Shown: positions 40,756 to 50,851, numbered from the stretch's first letter. The stretch: 64,000 nt of DNA from an uncultured Gemmatimonadales bacterium (GCA_963701965.1 OY969695.1:4096001-4160000), one strand, 5' to 3'. Numbers and translations: made by a program. Notes: generated from the letters alone by a model not told the origin.

Positions 40756-41661
40756 CTAATCCCCGCTATCGCCGGTGAACTGTCCACGGGTCGCGAAGCG
40801 GGCGACGAGGCTGATGATGAAGATGAGCGCGATGAGGACGAGGGCTCCGGCCCAGGCCTGGGCGTGCCAGTCGTCATAGGGGCTGACGGCATAGTTGAAG
40901 ATCTGCAGAGGGAGCGCGGCGATCGGCTGGTTGAGCGATGTCGACCAGAACTGGTTGCCGAGCACGGTGAACAGCAGCGGCGCCGTCTCGCCGGCGATAC
41001 GGGCCAGCGCGACGAGGGCGCCGGTCACGATGCCGGCGCTCGCCGTCCGGAGCACGATGGTGAGCGACGTCCGCCAACGCGCGTAGCCGAGCGCCAGCGC
41101 CGCCTCGCGTAACGAGACAGGGACGATCAGGACCATCTCTTCCGTCGTGCGCGCGACCATGGGAATCATCATGGCCCCGAGGGCCACGCCGCCCGCCCAG
41201 GCCGAGAAGTGGCCCAGGGGTCGCACCAGGAATTGCCACGCGAAGATGCCCATGACGATGGACGGCAGGCCGTTCAGCACGTCGGACAGGAACCGGACCG
41301 TATTGGCCAGCTTCGTGCCCCGATGCTCGGCCAGGTACAACCCGGCTCCGATCCCGACGGGCAGTCCGAACAGGCTGGCGACGCCGATCAGCATCAGCGT
41401 TCCGATGATCGCGTTCGCCATGCCGCCGCCCGCCTCGCCCGCCGGCTTGGGCATGTTCGTGAAGAAGTGCAGTTGGACCGAGCTGGCGCCGAACTTGAGC
41501 AGGTAGAAGCTGATCACGATCAGCGGCAGCGTGGCCAGGATGGCGGCGACGCCGATGAGAGCGACCATCACGGAATTCACGAATTTGCGGCGACCCAGGG
41601 ACTGGACCGCCCGCGCCGTAAATTGGCGCTGCCTGGTGCTGGGGCGGGCGGCCGCGGCCAT
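40756..41661 (-). CDS. pstA: Phosphate ABC transporter permease PstA
   Basis: GGMANAIIGT, GLPSIV, REAALALG, ARIAGETAPL. Confidence 0.95.
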   Translation of the reverse strand: MAAAARPSTRQRQFTARAVQSLGRRKFVNSVMVALIGVAAILATLPLIVISFYLLKFGASSVQLHFFTNMPKPAGEAGGGMANAIIGTLMLIGVASLFGLPVGIGAGLYLAEHRGTKLANTVRFLSDVLNGLPSIVMGIFAWQFLVRPLGHFSAWAGGVALGAMMIPMVARTTEEMVLIVPVSLREAALALGYARWRTSLTIVLRTASAGIVTGALVALARIAGETAPLLFTVLGNQFWSTSLNQPIAALPLQIFNYAVSPYDDWHAQAWAGALVLIALIFIISLVARFATRGQFTGDSGD

Positions 41662-42620
41662 CAGCCCTTCCCGCCGCGCTCGACTTCCCAGACCAGCCAG
41701 CGGGCGATCGCGTTCACGATGATGGTGATCACGAACAGCACGAAGCCGACGGCCATGAGCGCCGAGAGATGCAGATCGCTCGATGCCTCGCTGAATTCGT
41801 TGGCGATGATCGACGCCATGGTATAGCCGGGCGCGAACAACGACGCCGAGATCTCGGGGCGGTTGCCGATCACCATCGTCACCGCCATGGTCTCACCCAG
41901 TGCCCGACCGAGGCCGAGGATGACTCCGCCGATGATGCCCGACTTGGCGTAGGGGAGCACGGCGCCCCAGATCATCTCCCATTTCGTGGCGCCGAGCGCC
42001 AAGGCCGCCTCGCGCTGCGCGCGGGGCACGGCCAACAAGACCTCGCGGGAGACCGACGCAACGTACGGCAGCACCATGATCGCCAGGATCAGCCCCGCCG
42101 CCAGCATGCTCGGTCCGTAGGCCGGTCCCTTGAACAGCGGGATGAAGCCCAAGTGCAGGGTGTCGCGGAGAAAGGGCATGACGCTCACGCGCAGCACGGG
42201 CAGCAGCACGAAGATGCCCCACAGGCCGTAGACGACGCTGGGAATGGCCGCCAGTAGGTCGACGAAAAACGCCACGGGTTGCCGCAGCCGCGGTGGCGCG
42301 AACTCGGAAAGAAATACCGACACGCCGATGGCCAACGGGGTGGCGATCAACAGGGCGATCGCCGACGAGACCAAGGTGCCGAAGATCGCCGGCGCGGCGC
42401 CGAACTTCCCGTTCACGGGGTCCCACGCGCTCGACGTCAGGAAGCTGAATCCGAACTGATGCAGCGCCGGCCAGCCGGCGCGGAAGATCTCGAGCGCGAT
42501 CAGGACGAGGAGAATCGGGACACAGATGGCGAACACCCAGATGGCGCCCGCGTAGATGCGGTCGCCGAGTGCCGAGCCCTCGATGCCGCCTTCCAACGGC
42601 TGCGTGACGACGTCACTCAC
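41661..42620 (-). CDS. pstC: Phosphate ABC transporter permease PstC
   Basis: AAIPSVVYGLWG, LGRALGETMAV, IANEFSEA. Confidence 0.96.
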   Translation of the reverse strand: MSDVVTQPLEGGIEGSALGDRIYAGAIWVFAICVPILLVLIALEIFRAGWPALHQFGFSFLTSSAWDPVNGKFGAAPAIFGTLVSSAIALLIATPLAIGVSVFLSEFAPPRLRQPVAFFVDLLAAIPSVVYGLWGIFVLLPVLRVSVMPFLRDTLHLGFIPLFKGPAYGPSMLAAGLILAIMVLPYVASVSREVLLAVPRAQREAALALGATKWEMIWGAVLPYAKSGIIGGVILGLGRALGETMAVTMVIGNRPEISASLFAPGYTMASIIANEFSEASSDLHLSALMAVGFVLFVITIIVNAIARWLVWEVERGGKG

Positions 42621-43708
42621 GTACCGCTCGTCCCGACCGTCATCGAATCCAGACGAGCGGTCAGTCGGGTGGCGAGAGCCTGGGGCAGCGGCGCGTAGTC
42701 GAGAGGCGCCGCCTGTTGCTCACCATCCGTCAGCGCCCAACGCAGGAAGTCGACAAGCTTCTTGCCTTTCCCCGCATCGGGTTCGTTCTTGTACACCAGG
42801 ATGTACGTGAACGATGAGATCGGGTACGTGGTTGCGCCCGGGGCGTTGACGATCGACACGCGATAGTCCGTGTTGGGCGGGAACTTGGACGCGGCCCCTT
42901 CGGCCGCCGCCGTCACCGACGCCACGCTCGGCGCCACGAACTGGCCGGCGGCGTTCTTGATCGCGGCCGTCGGGAGTTGGTTCTGCTTCGCGTAGGCCAA
43001 CTCGACGTATCCGATCGCGCCGGGTGTCTGCTTCACCTGTCCGGCCACGCCTTCGTTGCCCTTGCCGCCCACGCCGACGGGCCACTGCAACTCCTTCCCC
43101 TTGCCGGGCGACCGGGCCCACTCCGGGCTGACGCTGGCCAGATAATCCGTGAAGATGAACGTCGTGCCGCTCCCGTCGGACCGGTGCACGACGAGGATGT
43201 CCTGATTGGGGAGTTGGACACCCTTATTGAGAGCCGCGATCTGTTTGTCGTTCCATTTCGTGATCGTTCCCCGAAAGATCGCGGCCACGATGTCGCCGCT
43301 CAGATCCAGGGGGGCCGTCACTCCTGGCAGGTTGTACGTAATGACAACCGCGCCCACGACGGTGGGGATGTGATACACCGGCCCCTTGAGCTTGCCCATC
43401 TCGGCGTCGCTCATCGGCGCGTCCGACGCCCCGAAATCGACGGTGTTCTCGGTGAGCTGGCGGATCCCGCCGCCCGATCCGATGGACTGATAGTTGATCT
43501 TGACGCCGGTCTTCGTGGCGTAGTCGGCAAACCACTTCGAGTAGATCGGGTAGGGGAACGTCGCCCCCGCTCCAGTCAAATCGGCGCCGCTCGCGGTCAT
43601 AGCACTCGGTGTCGCGGACTTGGACGCGTTCGACGCGTTCTGGTCCCCGCCACAAGCGCCGGCGCCCAGGGCCGCAATTGCCCCAATGGCCCAGCTCCAA
43701 TGCTTCAC
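42617..43708 (-). CDS. pstS: Phosphate-binding protein PstS (lipoprotein)
   Basis: GAGATFPYP, YQSIGSGGG, HRSDGSGTT; lipobox GAGA-C; GTG 43708 after a GAGGAG SD. Confidence 0.95.
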   Translation of the reverse strand: MKHWSWAIGAIAALGAGACGGDQNASNASKSATPSAMTASGADLTGAGATFPYPIYSKWFADYATKTGVKINYQSIGSGGGIRQLTENTVDFGASDAPMSDAEMGKLKGPVYHIPTVVGAVVITYNLPGVTAPLDLSGDIVAAIFRGTITKWNDKQIAALNKGVQLPNQDILVVHRSDGSGTTFIFTDYLASVSPEWARSPGKGKELQWPVGVGGKGNEGVAGQVKQTPGAIGYVELAYAKQNQLPTAAIKNAAGQFVAPSVASVTAAAEGAASKFPPNTDYRVSIVNAPGATTYPISSFTYILVYKNEPDAGKGKKLVDFLRWALTDGEQQAAPLDYAPLPQALATRLTARLDSMTVGTSGT

Positions 43709-43761
43709 TTGTACTCCTCGTACCGTGTGCCGGAAGTTAGACCACGGTGAAGGGGGCATGA

Positions 43762-43797
43762 CTATCGCCCTGTAACGCCCTGTAACGGGCGCGTCAC
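43762..43797 (-). promoter_or_regulatory. Putative Pho box upstream of the lipoprotein pstS
   Basis: Minus strand GTGAC-N6-GTTAC-N5-GTTAC direct repeats about one helical turn apart. Confidence 0.5.
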
Positions 43798-43819
43798 GCC
43801 CCCTATGAGCGGCGAGTGT

Positions 43820-44857
43820 TTAGCGCTCGGCCGTCTGGACCGTGCTCAGGTGCTGGTCGATGATCGAGACGATGTTGTTGGGCAGCGGCGCGTAGTCGAG
43901 GGCGGGCGCCAGCTTCTCGCCATCGTGGACGGCCCATTTCACGAAGTCGAGCAACTTCTTGCCTTTCGCGGCATCGGCGTACGACTTGGGAATCAACAAG
44001 AACGTGAAGGACGAGATCGGGTAGGAATCGTTGCCGGGCGCGTTCACGATGGAAACGCGGAAATCGGTCGACTCCGGCAGCTTGGCCAATGCGCCGGCGG
44101 CCGTCACCGATTGCACCGTCGGCTCGACGAACTTGCCGGCGGCATTCTGCACGAGCGCGACCGGGAGCTGGTTCTGACGGGCATAGACGAGCTCGACATA
44201 TCCAATCGAGTACGGCGTCTGCTTCACTTGTCCCGCGACGCCCTCGTTGCCCTTGCCGCCAATACCGACCGGCCACTGCAACTCCTTGCCACGGCCGGGC
44301 GCCGTCGCCCACTTCGGGCTCACCGTTGCCAGATAGTCGGAAAAGATGAACGTGGTGCCCGACCCGTCCGAGCGATGGACCGCGAGAATATCGTTTGCCG
44401 GTAGCCTGAGGCCTTTGTTCAACGCGGCGATTTCAGGCGCGTTCCATTTCACAATGTCGCCCGTGAAGATCCGGGCGATGACATCGCCGGTCAGTTTGAT
44501 CGACTGCGTGACGCCCGGCAGGTTGTACGTGAGCACCACGGCGCCGAGCACGGTCGGAATATGCAGGACCGGACCTTTGAGCTTGGCGATCTCGGCATCG
44601 CTCATCGGCGCGTCCGACGCGCCGAAATCAACGGTGCCTTCGGTGAGCTGGCGAATGCCGCCGCCCGACCCGATGGATTGATAGTTGATCTTGACGCCGG
44701 TCTTCGTCGCGTAATCGGCGAACCACTTCGAGTAGATCGGATACGGGAACGTTGCGCCGGCCCCCGTGAGGTCCGCACCCTGCGCGGCCGCGGTGCCGGA
44801 GACGAGGCCGCCGGCGATCAGCGCCAGGCCGGCACGCGTAAGTTGACGAATCGACAC
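43820..44857 (-). CDS. pstS: Phosphate-binding protein PstS (Sec signal, non-lipoprotein)
   Basis: Same PstS motifs; signal peptide ending AAA-Q; GTG at 44857. Confidence 0.95.
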   Translation of the reverse strand: MSIRQLTRAGLALIAGGLVSGTAAAQGADLTGAGATFPYPIYSKWFADYATKTGVKINYQSIGSGGGIRQLTEGTVDFGASDAPMSDAEIAKLKGPVLHIPTVLGAVVLTYNLPGVTQSIKLTGDVIARIFTGDIVKWNAPEIAALNKGLRLPANDILAVHRSDGSGTTFIFSDYLATVSPKWATAPGRGKELQWPVGIGGKGNEGVAGQVKQTPYSIGYVELVYARQNQLPVALVQNAAGKFVEPTVQSVTAAGALAKLPESTDFRVSIVNAPGNDSYPISSFTFLLIPKSYADAAKGKKLLDFVKWAVHDGEKLAPALDYAPLPNNIVSIIDQHLSTVQTAER

Positions 44858-44914
44858 CTGTGTCTCCCAGGAAAGAAGTCGAGGCAACTTACGTGTGGCA
44901 TCGAGTCGCGCCGG

Positions 44915-44930
44915 GTAACGCGTCCGTCAC
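44915..44930 (-). promoter_or_regulatory. Putative Pho box upstream of the first pstS
   Basis: Minus strand GTGAC-N6-GTTAC (11-bp period), same as the element at 43782-43797. Confidence 0.45.
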
Positions 44931-44942
44931 GTTCCGTTCGCG

Positions 44943-46328
44943 TTACGACGGATTCACCAACGGCGCCGGGAAAAATGCGGACACACTGGTGCCGCGGCCG
45001 GGTTGGCTCTCGGCTTTCACCGATCCGCCATGCGCTTCCACGAGATGCCGCACGATAGCGAGGCCCAGACCGGTGCCGCCTTCGTCGCGCGACCGCGCCC
45101 GATCGATGCGATAGAACCGCTCGAAGATGCGCGGCAAATGTTCGGCGGCGATCCCGATGCCGGTGTCGCGCACGCCGACCCACACGCCGTTGTCCTCGGC
45201 GATCGTGAACACGGTCACGCGCCCGCTCGGGGTGTGACGGATGGCGTTTTCCGCGAGGTTGCTCAACACCTGCCGCAGCGCGGTGGGATCGGCGAACGCG
45301 ACGCGCGCGTCCTCGGGAATCGCGAACTCCAACGCCACGCCCTTTTCCTCGGCAATGATCTTGGCCCGCGTCGTCGCCTCGACCGCCAGCGGGCCGACAT
45401 CGAGCGATTGTGGATTGGGCACCCAACCGCCGGACTCAATGCGCGACAGATCGAGGAGGTCATCGACGATGCGCTGCATCCGACGGGTGTTGGCGAGAAT
45501 CGTCTCGGCGAATTGCCGCCGCTGCGGCGCCGGAAGCGCCTCATCGGTCAGTGTCTCCGCGAACCCGCCCACGACGGTGAGCGGCGTCCGCAGTTCATGG
45601 GACACGTTGGCGACGAAATCCCGACGGACGGTCTCCAGCTTCCGCGTCAATGTCAGGTCCAGGAGCGCGAGCACCGCGCCGCCGCGCGCCAGGGGACGCG
45701 CGGCCAACGCCAGGTTGCGGCCATCAATGAACGTTTCGATCGACTCCGTCGCCGTGCCGGCGACGGCCGCCCCGAGCGCTTCGCGCAGGACGCGTTCACG
45801 CGGGAGGCGATCCAATGAGAAGGGCGTCGCATCGCGCACGCGCAGGAGACGGCGGCCAATCGCGTTGATGCGGACCACGCGCTGGCGGGCATCCACTGCG
45901 AGCACGCCTTCGTTGAGCGAATCGAGCAGCGCCGTCAGCAGCGATTCTTCCTCTTCCAGCGTGGTGAGCCGGGAGGAGAGCTGCTCGGCGAGCCAATGAA
46001 TGGCGATCGCCAGATCGCCCACCTCGCCGGGAGCCGAGAGCGCGGGGCGGCGCGAGAGATCACCGGCGGCCAGCGCCCGCGCGACGTCGCGGAGCTCAAT
46101 GATCGGACGGCTGACCGCGCGGGAGAAGAGAAACGCGATCGCCGCGGCAATGGCCAGCGCGACGAATCCCACGAAGTAGACGTCGTTGCGCGCTTCCCGG
46201 ATCAGCGTTTGCGTCCCGAGGTCGGCGATCCGGGCGTTGAGGCGCCACTCGATCACCCCCACCACGCACGCCACGAGAACGCTGACGACGATCAGCGATC
46301 CGAGGAGCAGGCGTTGGGTGAGCCGCAA
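44943..46328 (-). CDS. phoR: Sensor histidine kinase PhoR-like (HAMP-PAS-HisKA-HATPase)
   Basis: RRDFVANVSHELRTPLT, NLAENAI, DTGIGI, FERFYRIDRARSR, GTGLGL; adjacent to the pst operon. Confidence 0.9.
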   Translation of the reverse strand: MRLTQRLLLGSLIVVSVLVACVVGVIEWRLNARIADLGTQTLIREARNDVYFVGFVALAIAAAIAFLFSRAVSRPIIELRDVARALAAGDLSRRPALSAPGEVGDLAIAIHWLAEQLSSRLTTLEEEESLLTALLDSLNEGVLAVDARQRVVRINAIGRRLLRVRDATPFSLDRLPRERVLREALGAAVAGTATESIETFIDGRNLALAARPLARGGAVLALLDLTLTRKLETVRRDFVANVSHELRTPLTVVGGFAETLTDEALPAPQRRQFAETILANTRRMQRIVDDLLDLSRIESGGWVPNPQSLDVGPLAVEATTRAKIIAEEKGVALEFAIPEDARVAFADPTALRQVLSNLAENAIRHTPSGRVTVFTIAEDNGVWVGVRDTGIGIAAEHLPRIFERFYRIDRARSRDEGGTGLGLAIVRHLVEAHGGSVKAESQPGRGTSVSAFFPAPLVNPS

Positions 46329-46340
46329 TGCGCTAGGGCA

Positions 46341-47057
46341 CTACGCCGTGCGCGAGTGCCCCGCCTTGAGTCGATAGCCGAACCCGCGCACCGTCTCGAT
46401 CAGATCGCCCGCGGCGCCCAGCTTCGTACGCAAGCGCTGGATGTGCATGTCCACGGTGCGCGTCTGAATGTCGGGTGCGGCGTCCCACACGGTCTCGAGC
46501 AAGTGCCCGCGCGCTTGCACGCGGCCGCGACGCTCGGCCAAAGTGAGCAGGAGCTTGAACTCCGTCGGCGTGAGATCAATGTCCGTCCCGTCGACGCTGA
46601 CCCGGTGCGCGGCGCGGTCAATGTGGATTGGCCCGATCGCCAGCACATCGTTGGTCCCGCCGCCCGCCGCGCCCACGCGCCGCAGAATGGCGCCCACGCG
46701 CAGCACCAGCTCCTGAGGACTGAACGGCTTCGTGAGATAGTCGTCCGCGCCCAGCGACAATCCTCTGATCCGGTCCGGCTCGTCTTTGCGCGCGGTGAGC
46801 ATGAGAATCGCGACCTCGCGCGTCCCATCATCGCCGCGCAACTGCTCCATCACGTCAAAGCCGGAAAGACCGGGCAGCATGAGATCCAGCACCACCAGTG
46901 CCGGGCGCTCCTGCCGCGCGAGTCCCAGGGCGTCGTAGCCGTTCGCCGCTGTGGAAACGCGATATCCCGATTTTGCCAAATGGTATGCAACCAAGGCCAC
47001 AATGTCCGGCTCGTCATCGACGACCAAGACTCGTTCGCTGCTAGGCGGCGCGATCAT
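46341..47057 (-). CDS. phoB: OmpR-family response regulator PhoB/PhoP
   Basis: VLVVDDE, DLMLP, GADDYLTKPF, LTPTEFKLL, RTVDMHIQRLR, ETVRGFGY. Confidence 0.9.
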   Translation of the reverse strand: MIAPPSSERVLVVDDEPDIVALVAYHLAKSGYRVSTAANGYDALGLARQERPALVVLDLMLPGLSGFDVMEQLRGDDGTREVAILMLTARKDEPDRIRGLSLGADDYLTKPFSPQELVLRVGAILRRVGAAGGGTNDVLAIGPIHIDRAAHRVSVDGTDIDLTPTEFKLLLTLAERRGRVQARGHLLETVWDAAPDIQTRTVDMHIQRLRTKLGAAGDLIETVRGFGYRLKAGHSRTA

Positions 47058-47222
47058 ACTCTCCGAACCAGTCGGTGACCTGTGGCGAAGCGCCCGTAAC
47101 ACACCGAGGAGCTTGTCGGTCTTGGGTCAGAAGCGAAAGTTCCATGGCAGTCACGGTATTGTATCGGTAGAAAGCTCTGGGATGCTGGCCCCGCCGTCAA
47201 CTGCCGCGCTAGGTTTTTCGAC

Positions 47223-47438
47223 TTGACTCTGTTGCTCCGAGCGTACGTAAATGGCGCGCCGGTCAATGTGCCACCGGGTGGAACGGCACTCAATGCGGTA
47301 CGCGTGGCCGATCCCTCGGCCGCGGACGCAGTGGCGCGTCGGGAGATGATCATCACCGACAGCCGCGGTCTGCCGATCGAGCCGGACGTCCCCGTGCATG
47401 GCGGCTCGATCTTTCGTCTGATCGTGGCCCGGCGCTGA
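47223..47438 (+). CDS. Small hypothetical protein (beta-grasp-like N-terminus)
   Basis: YVNGAPVNVPPGGTAL.AV resembles ferredoxin/ThiS-like beta-grasp starts; no Cys; coupled to add. Confidence 0.6.
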   Translation: MTLLLRAYVNGAPVNVPPGGTALNAVRVADPSAADAVARREMIITDSRGLPIEPDVPVHGGSIFRLIVARR

Positions 47439-47449
47439 CGGTCCTGCCC

Positions 47450-48472
47450 GTGCACCGCGACTGGCTGCGCCGCCTGCCCAAGGCCGAGCTCCACTGTCAT
47501 CTCGACGGTTCGCTTCGCCCTGCCACGCTGCTGGAATTGGCGACCGAATACGGCGTCCCACTCCCCGCCCGCGACGCCGAAGGCGTGCGCGCGCACATGC
47601 GGGTCGCCGACGCCCGCAACCTCGCGGACTATCTGGCGCGCTTCACGACCACGGTCGCCGTGCTCCAACGCGCCGACGCATTGGAGCGGGTCGCCTACGA
47701 GTTGGTCGAAGACGCGGCGCGCGAGGGCGTGCGCTACATCGAGATCCGGTACGCGCCGATTCTCAACGTCCGCGAAGGTCTCTCTCTGGTCGAGACCGTC
47801 GCAGCGCCGCTCCGGGGCCTGGCCCGCGCCGAGCGGGATCACGGATGCATCGCCCGCGTCATCATCTGCGCGCTGCGCCACCTGGCGCCGTCGGTGTCGA
47901 TGGAGCTGGCCGAGCTGGCGGCCGCGTTTCGGGGCAGCGGCGTGGTGGGCTTTGACTTGGCGGGGGCCGAATTGGGACATCCCGCGGCCGAGCACGCCGC
48001 CGCGTTCCTCTACGCGCGAGAACGGGACTTGGCGTGCACCTGCCACGCCGGCGAGGGGGACGGCGCGGCCTCCGTGCGCCAGGCCGTGCACCGGTGCGGC
48101 GCCCACCGGATCGGACACGCCACGCGGCTGATCGAGGATCCCGCGCTGACCGAGTACGTCAACGACCGCCGCATCCCGCTCGAGATCTGCCTGACGTCGA
48201 ACGTGCAGACGCGCGCCGCGGCATCCTACGCCGAGCATCCGCTGCGGCGCTATTTCGATCTCGGGCTCAACGTCGTGTTGAATACCGACAACCGGCTCAT
48301 GAGCGACACGACGCTGACCGACGAGTATGCGCACGCGGCGGCGCACCTGGGTTTCACGGGCGACGAGTTGTGCGCGCTGGCGCTCAATGGATTCGAGAGC
48401 GCGTTTCTCCCGTGGCCGGAGCGGCAAGCAATGGTCAATCGCATGCGCGCCGAGATCAGCGCCTTGCGATGA
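47450..48472 (+). CDS. add: Adenosine deaminase
   Basis: LPKAELHCHLDGS, GFDLAGAE, HAGE, RIGH, EICLTSN, NTDN. Confidence 0.95.
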   Translation: MHRDWLRRLPKAELHCHLDGSLRPATLLELATEYGVPLPARDAEGVRAHMRVADARNLADYLARFTTTVAVLQRADALERVAYELVEDAAREGVRYIEIRYAPILNVREGLSLVETVAAPLRGLARAERDHGCIARVIICALRHLAPSVSMELAELAAAFRGSGVVGFDLAGAELGHPAAEHAAAFLYARERDLACTCHAGEGDGAASVRQAVHRCGAHRIGHATRLIEDPALTEYVNDRRIPLEICLTSNVQTRAAASYAEHPLRRYFDLGLNVVLNTDNRLMSDTTLTDEYAHAAAHLGFTGDELCALALNGFESAFLPWPERQAMVNRMRAEISALR

Positions 48473-49269
48473 CGGACGCCGCGATCGCGCACGCGGCGGC
48501 GGCGTTCCGCACGGGTTGCGGCACCACGGCGCCAGCGCTCGGGATCGTCCTCGGCTCCGGACTGAGCGGCCTCGCCGCGCACATTGAGCACCCGACGCGT
48601 GTACGATTCGCCGACTTGCCGGGACTCCCAATGCCGCTCACGCCCGGTCACACCGGTGAGCTGGTGCATGGCATGCTCGGGCCTCGCGAGGTCGTGGTGG
48701 TCGCCGGCCGCCTGCACCGCTACGAGGGCGTGGCCCCCGACGTCGCGACGGTCCCGATTCGCATCCTGGCCGCGCTCGGCGTTCGCGCCCTCGTGCTTTC
48801 CAACGCCGCCGGCGGCATTCGGCCGGATCTCGCGCCCGGTACCTTCATGCTCATCACGGATCACCTGAACGTGATGTGGGGCGGCCCGCGACTGCCGGCC
48901 GGACGCTTCGGGCCGGTGTACGATGCGGCGCTGGGAGACGCAATGCGCGACGCGGCGTCGGCGGCACACATCGTCCTCGCTGAAGGAGTCTATGCCGCCG
49001 TTCTTGGTCCGTCGTACGAAACGCCCGCCGAGATCCGCATGCTGGCCCGCCTCGGCGCCGACGCCGTCGGGATGTCCACGGCGCCGGAGGCCGAGTTGGC
49101 GTCGGCACTGGGGATGCGCGTCGCCGCGGTCAGCTGCATCACCAATCGCGCCAGCGGCACGTCGGACCAGCCGCTCGGTCACGCCAATGTGCTCGCGGTC
49201 ACGCGGGATGCCGCGCCCCGCTTCGAGCGGCTCCTAGGAAAGTTCGCGGCGGGATTTCAGGCCCAGTGA
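48469..49269 (+). CDS. punA: Purine-nucleoside phosphorylase (trimeric family)
   Basis: GIVLGSGL, GHTGEL, GRLHRYEG, NAAGG, GPSYETPAE, GADAVGMST, SCITN. Confidence 0.92.
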   Translation: MTDAAIAHAAAAFRTGCGTTAPALGIVLGSGLSGLAAHIEHPTRVRFADLPGLPMPLTPGHTGELVHGMLGPREVVVVAGRLHRYEGVAPDVATVPIRILAALGVRALVLSNAAGGIRPDLAPGTFMLITDHLNVMWGGPRLPAGRFGPVYDAALGDAMRDAASAAHIVLAEGVYAAVLGPSYETPAEIRMLARLGADAVGMSTAPEAELASALGMRVAAVSCITNRASGTSDQPLGHANVLAVTRDAAPRFERLLGKFAAGFQAQ

Positions 49270-50084
49270 TCGAGTGGGCCGTGACCGGCGCCCAATCCCG
49301 GCGCCCGCGCAATGGCTCGCTCCACGAACTGGATGGCGGTCGCGACCGCGTCGCCCAACGTGGCGCCCGACGCCAGACCCGCGGTGATCGCCGCGGACAG
49401 CGTGCACCCGGTGCCGTGGGTATGCCGCGACGCGAGCCGGCAATGCCGGAACACGCGCAGGTCGTCGCCGCTCACCAGCACGTCGCTCAGAAAGCCATCG
49501 CCCGATTGGTCCGGCGCCAGATGGCCGCCTTTCACGAGCACCGCGCGCGCGCCGTACCGCGCAATGAGCGCGCGCGCCGCGCGCGCCATGGCGTCAATGT
49601 CGCGCACGCGCTCCCCGGTCAACGCCTCGATCTCATCGAGATTCGGTGTGACCAGATCGGCGAGCGGCAACAAGTGGCGCCGCATGACGATCACGGCGTC
49701 GGGTGCGATCAGAGGGACGCCGGTCGTTGCAACCATCACGGGGTCGAGCACGTACGGGCCCAAATGATGGGCCACCAGAGCGTGCGCGACGGTTTCGACG
49801 ATCCCTGCCGTTGGCAGCATGCCGCTCTTGACGGCCCGTGGTGGCAGGTCGGAGGCGACGGCGTCGATCTGTGCGCGCACGAGCGCCGGCTCGACCGGCT
49901 GCCACGCCATCACTCCGCGCGTGTTCTGCGCTGTGATGGCCGTGATCGCCGTCGTGCCGAAGACGCCAAAGCAATGAAAGACTCCCAGGTCAGCCTGGAT
50001 GCCGGCGCCGCCGCCCGAGTCCGATCCAGCGATCGAGAGCGCGACCGGGCGCGAGGTCTCTTGCGTCACCGGAGTCGAAGTCAT
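49257..50084 (-). CDS. thiD: Hydroxymethylpyrimidine/phosphomethylpyrimidine kinase
   Basis: IAGSDSGGGAGIQADL, TAQNT, DPVM, TPN, KGGH, THGTGCTLSAA. Confidence 0.96.
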   Translation of the reverse strand: MTSTPVTQETSRPVALSIAGSDSGGGAGIQADLGVFHCFGVFGTTAITAITAQNTRGVMAWQPVEPALVRAQIDAVASDLPPRAVKSGMLPTAGIVETVAHALVAHHLGPYVLDPVMVATTGVPLIAPDAVIVMRRHLLPLADLVTPNLDEIEALTGERVRDIDAMARAARALIARYGARAVLVKGGHLAPDQSGDGFLSDVLVSGDDLRVFRHCRLASRHTHGTGCTLSAAITAGLASGATLGDAVATAIQFVERAIARAPGLGAGHGPLDHWA

Positions 50085-50095
50085 ATGATAAAACG

Positions 50096-50851
50096 TTGAA
50101 AATACTAAGCTTAGCTCGCGATCTGCGGCGCCGAAAGGCGCGCGAGCGATCAGGTCGTTTCGTGGCCGAGGGCGTGCGCGCTGTCGAAGAGCTGCTCCGC
50201 TCGCCTTTGGTCATCCGGGGCGCCCTGGTGGCGCCGGCGCTCGACCGCGCGCCGCGGGGGACCGCTCTACGCGAGGCGCTCACCGTCCGGGGAGTCGAGG
50301 TGGCCGAAGTGGACGACCGTGAGCTGGCCAGTGCGGCCGAAACCGGGTCGCCCCAAGGCGTCGTCGCGGTGGCCGACGTGCCGGACCATCGCCTCGAGGA
50401 TGTCGCGGTGTCGGCCACGGCGCCGTTTCGGCTGCTCGTCTTGGATGGCGTGCAGGACCCCGGCAACGCCGGCACCATCGTCCGAACGGCCGCGGCGTTC
50501 GGCGTTGCGGCGACGGTGGCCTTGCCGGGCACGGTTGACCTGTGGAACGCCAAAGTCGTCCGTAGCGCAATGGGCGCCCTCTTCGTCCACACGACGCTCA
50601 CCGCCACGTGGGAGTCGCTGGACGCTTTTCGCGAACGACACGCCGTGCCCCTGTGGGGCGCCGATGCGGGCGGCCCGGCGATCGCCGCGCCGCCGAGGCG
50701 TCTGGCGTTGGTCGTCGGCAACGAGGGCGCGGGGCTCACGCCCGCGGCCCGCCAGCGCGTGGAGCGCCTCGTGGGTATTCCCGCCCCTCACGTGGAGTCG
50801 CTCAACGTCGCGGTGGCGACGGGCATTCTGCTCTACGCGCTGGCGACATGA
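50096..50851 (+). CDS. TrmH/SpoU family RNA methyltransferase
   Basis: FVAEG, PQGVVA, DPGNAGTIVRTA, GNEGAG, ESLNVAVA. Confidence 0.92.
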   Translation: MKILSLARDLRRRKARERSGRFVAEGVRAVEELLRSPLVIRGALVAPALDRAPRGTALREALTVRGVEVAEVDDRELASAAETGSPQGVVAVADVPDHRLEDVAVSATAPFRLLVLDGVQDPGNAGTIVRTAAAFGVAATVALPGTVDLWNAKVVRSAMGALFVHTTLTATWESLDAFRERHAVPLWGADAGGPAIAAPPRRLALVVGNEGAGLTPAARQRVERLVGIPAPHVESLNVAVATGILLYALAT

